From Schmidtea polychroa (taxonomy: Eukaryota), in the NCBI GenBank assembly GCA_044892525.1, contig JBJFYX010000106.1:62001-126000 (forward strand): DNA of 64,000 nucleotides, read 5' to 3'. Shown one piece after another: positions 62,790 through 64,000 of the stretch. Made by a program: the position numbers and the translations under genes. The notes under the pieces are model-generated. The model worked only from the letters and a program-made list of their open reading frames with translations, did not search any database and was not told where the DNA came from. Position 1 is the stretch's first letter. Each line of letters begins with the position of its first letter.

Positions 62790-64000
62790 TGGATATTACC
62801 TCCCCTCTGATCGTATATGTGCCTCCGTTACAGGATCCATCGGTCGATTTTACCCGTCCGGCTACATAGATGCTTTCGGTCTTAATCATCCCGCTTTGTC
62901 CGTGTATTGTTACTCCATCCCGGATTCTCATTGCTCCGGTTCTAAAAAGCTCTTTGCAGTCTTCCCGTTGTATAGGTACTATTTCTTTATCTAATCCGGG
63001 TAGTATGAGAGTTGAATAAGAATATTGTCCACAATAATATGCCAACACTTTCTTTGATACTACGCATTCTCTAGCTTGTGTTCGAATAAAATCTGATTCT
63101 TGATATACGTGATAGGAGACTTTCTTCTTTACTATATCTAATTTATTCGGAGATGCTTGTCTGCATTCCTCTATATCTCTCAGGGAGTATTTTTCTCTTA
63201 ATACCGAATTGTCACAGTCGTAGATTGTAAATCCAGCTGCTCCGCTGGTACAGAGCATCCATATCATCATGGTCATCATTAGTGAATTAATCGACGCTTT
63301 TCTGCTGGCTGGGTCCTTTAATGGCAATTCCCATTCTAGCTCGTTTAATAATTTTTTCAACCGAATTTGCATTGATCTCTCTTGCTCGTTTTTCCGTGGT
63401 GCTTGTATGAGTCTTTTCCATCCACCGGCGCGGATAATATGTGGTTCGATTGTAGTTTCAATGATTGTAACTGTCATTTCTACATGATTTGCGAATTGTT
63501 TGTTAGGTATTTTTCTTGCTGCTAATCCCATCAAATTGTACATTAGATACGTTAACACTACTAAATGATGTTCGTCGTCGTTTGCGTTTAAAGTTAATTG
63601 TTCAATTACTCTTCTTGTCTCTTCCCAATCGGTTTTAGTGGTTTTTGTCTTCTCTTTGATTAATTTCGGAATTATTCCGGATATTGTATTCCATAGCTGT
63701 CTGGCATCTACGCTTGCTACTTTTCGTTGCCATAACCGTCTCAATTGCGGGTTCGTTATTATTAACATATCCTTTACTAGCTCTCGTATCCATTTTTCAC
63801 CTCTCTCGATTGTTGGTTGGGCTTCTTTTAGGTCCCATACTATTTTATCCAGTTTCTCTAATCTGACTTGTCCTTGTTCTTGTTTTAGTTGTTCTCTAGT
63901 TTTAAATTCTGGTTTTTCTCCTTGTTTCTTGGGTCTTCCTTTTGCCCGTTTCTCCATCATTGTTCCAGCTTCTCTTGTCTTTTCGTAATTCGGGTTTCTC
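62749..64000 (-). CDS. Polyprotein segment: Bcl-2-like domain, internal signal peptide, N-half of a gB/chuvirus-like glycoprotein. Open past the window edge; shifts into the 58791-62789 frame near 62790
   Basis: Frame is open to 63999 (RNPNYEKTREAGT-MMEK). HIIRAGGWKRL is BH2-like. LMMTMMIWMLCTSGAAG/FTIYDCD signal and cleavage site; Cys pattern YYCG...DGSCNGGTY. Confidence 0.85.
   Translation of the reverse strand, partial: RNPNYEKTREAGTMMEKRAKGRPKKQGEKPEFKTREQLKQEQGQVRLEKLDKIVWDLKEAQPTIERGEKWIRELVKDMLIITNPQLRRLWQRKVASVDARQLWNTISGIIPKLIKEKTKTTKTDWEETRRVIEQLTLNANDDEHHLVVLTYLMYNLMGLAARKIPNKQFANHVEMTVTIIETTIEPHIIRAGGWKRLIQAPRKNEQERSMQIRLKKLLNELEWELPLKDPASRKASINSLMMTMMIWMLCTSGAAGFTIYDCDNSVLREKYSLRDIEECRQASPNKLDIVKKKVSYHVYQESDFIRTQARECVVSKKVLAYYCGQYSYSTLILPGLDKEIVPIQREDCKELFRTGAMRIRDGVTIHGQSGMIKTESIYVAGRVKSTDGSCNGGTYTIRGEVISSGFEGIRSAIRRK

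Larger units (their letters stand above)
44954..64000 (-). mobile_element. Giant Ty3/Gypsy-type env-bearing retroelement with accessory genes; continues past the window edge
   Basis: PR-RT-RH-IN order (Gypsy type); all long ORFs on the minus strand with a uniformly A-rich coding strand; composition shift from the host DNA near 44.9 kb. The left boundary (TGTTGG at 44954) is tentative. Confidence 0.92.

Noticed and set aside
62780-62800. Programmed ribosomal frameshift between the two glycoprotein halves
   Set aside because: No slippery heptamer, and the junction appears to lack several residues expected in this glycoprotein family; a deletion is more likely, though not excluded.
63930-63950. 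AT-hook-like AKGRPKK near the polyprotein segment start
   Set aside because: Lacks the RGRP core and its upstream context is outside the window; not supportable.
49889-63988. Many plus-strand ORFs overlapping the retroelement genes
   Set aside because: F/L/S/I-rich antisense shadows of an A-rich coding strand; no motifs.

Overview
AT-rich animal genomic DNA. Intron sizes are bimodal (about 40-50 nt, or multi-kb and TE-filled), which suggests a planarian-like host; that assignment is inference. Host genes are the 3' part of an SLC17A9/VNUT-like transporter (1-6931, +) and two divergently oriented, paralogous compact USP deubiquitinases (11410-22494, -; 40259-44746, +). Between them lie decayed mobile elements: a Ginger2-type integrase transposon, the left end of a Polinton/Maverick carrying a TBP-like gene, hAT, Tc1/IS630, Tigger, MULE and Gypsy relics, and many MITEs with visible TIRs and TSDs. 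The main feature is a giant Ty3/Gypsy-type retroelement on the minus strand from about 44954 to beyond the window edge (>19 kb visible). Its main reading frame (>9.7 kb, broken by 2 frameshifts and 2 in-frame stops) reads: Bcl-2-like domain, internal signal peptide, gB/chuvirus-like fusion glycoprotein, TM, protease, RT, RNase H, integrase, ankyrin repeats, second signal peptide, FN3-like ectodomain, TM. Six uninterrupted accessory ORFs follow, including a complete intronless TRAF and a type I membrane protein. Each has an AG 0-5 nt before its ATG, and several have tandem UGUAHAUA motifs just after the stop. It resembles an endogenous complex retrovirus with apoptosis/NF-kB-modulating cargo and may be related to the planarian giant Burro elements. 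All protein assignments are by motif inspection; no database search was run.
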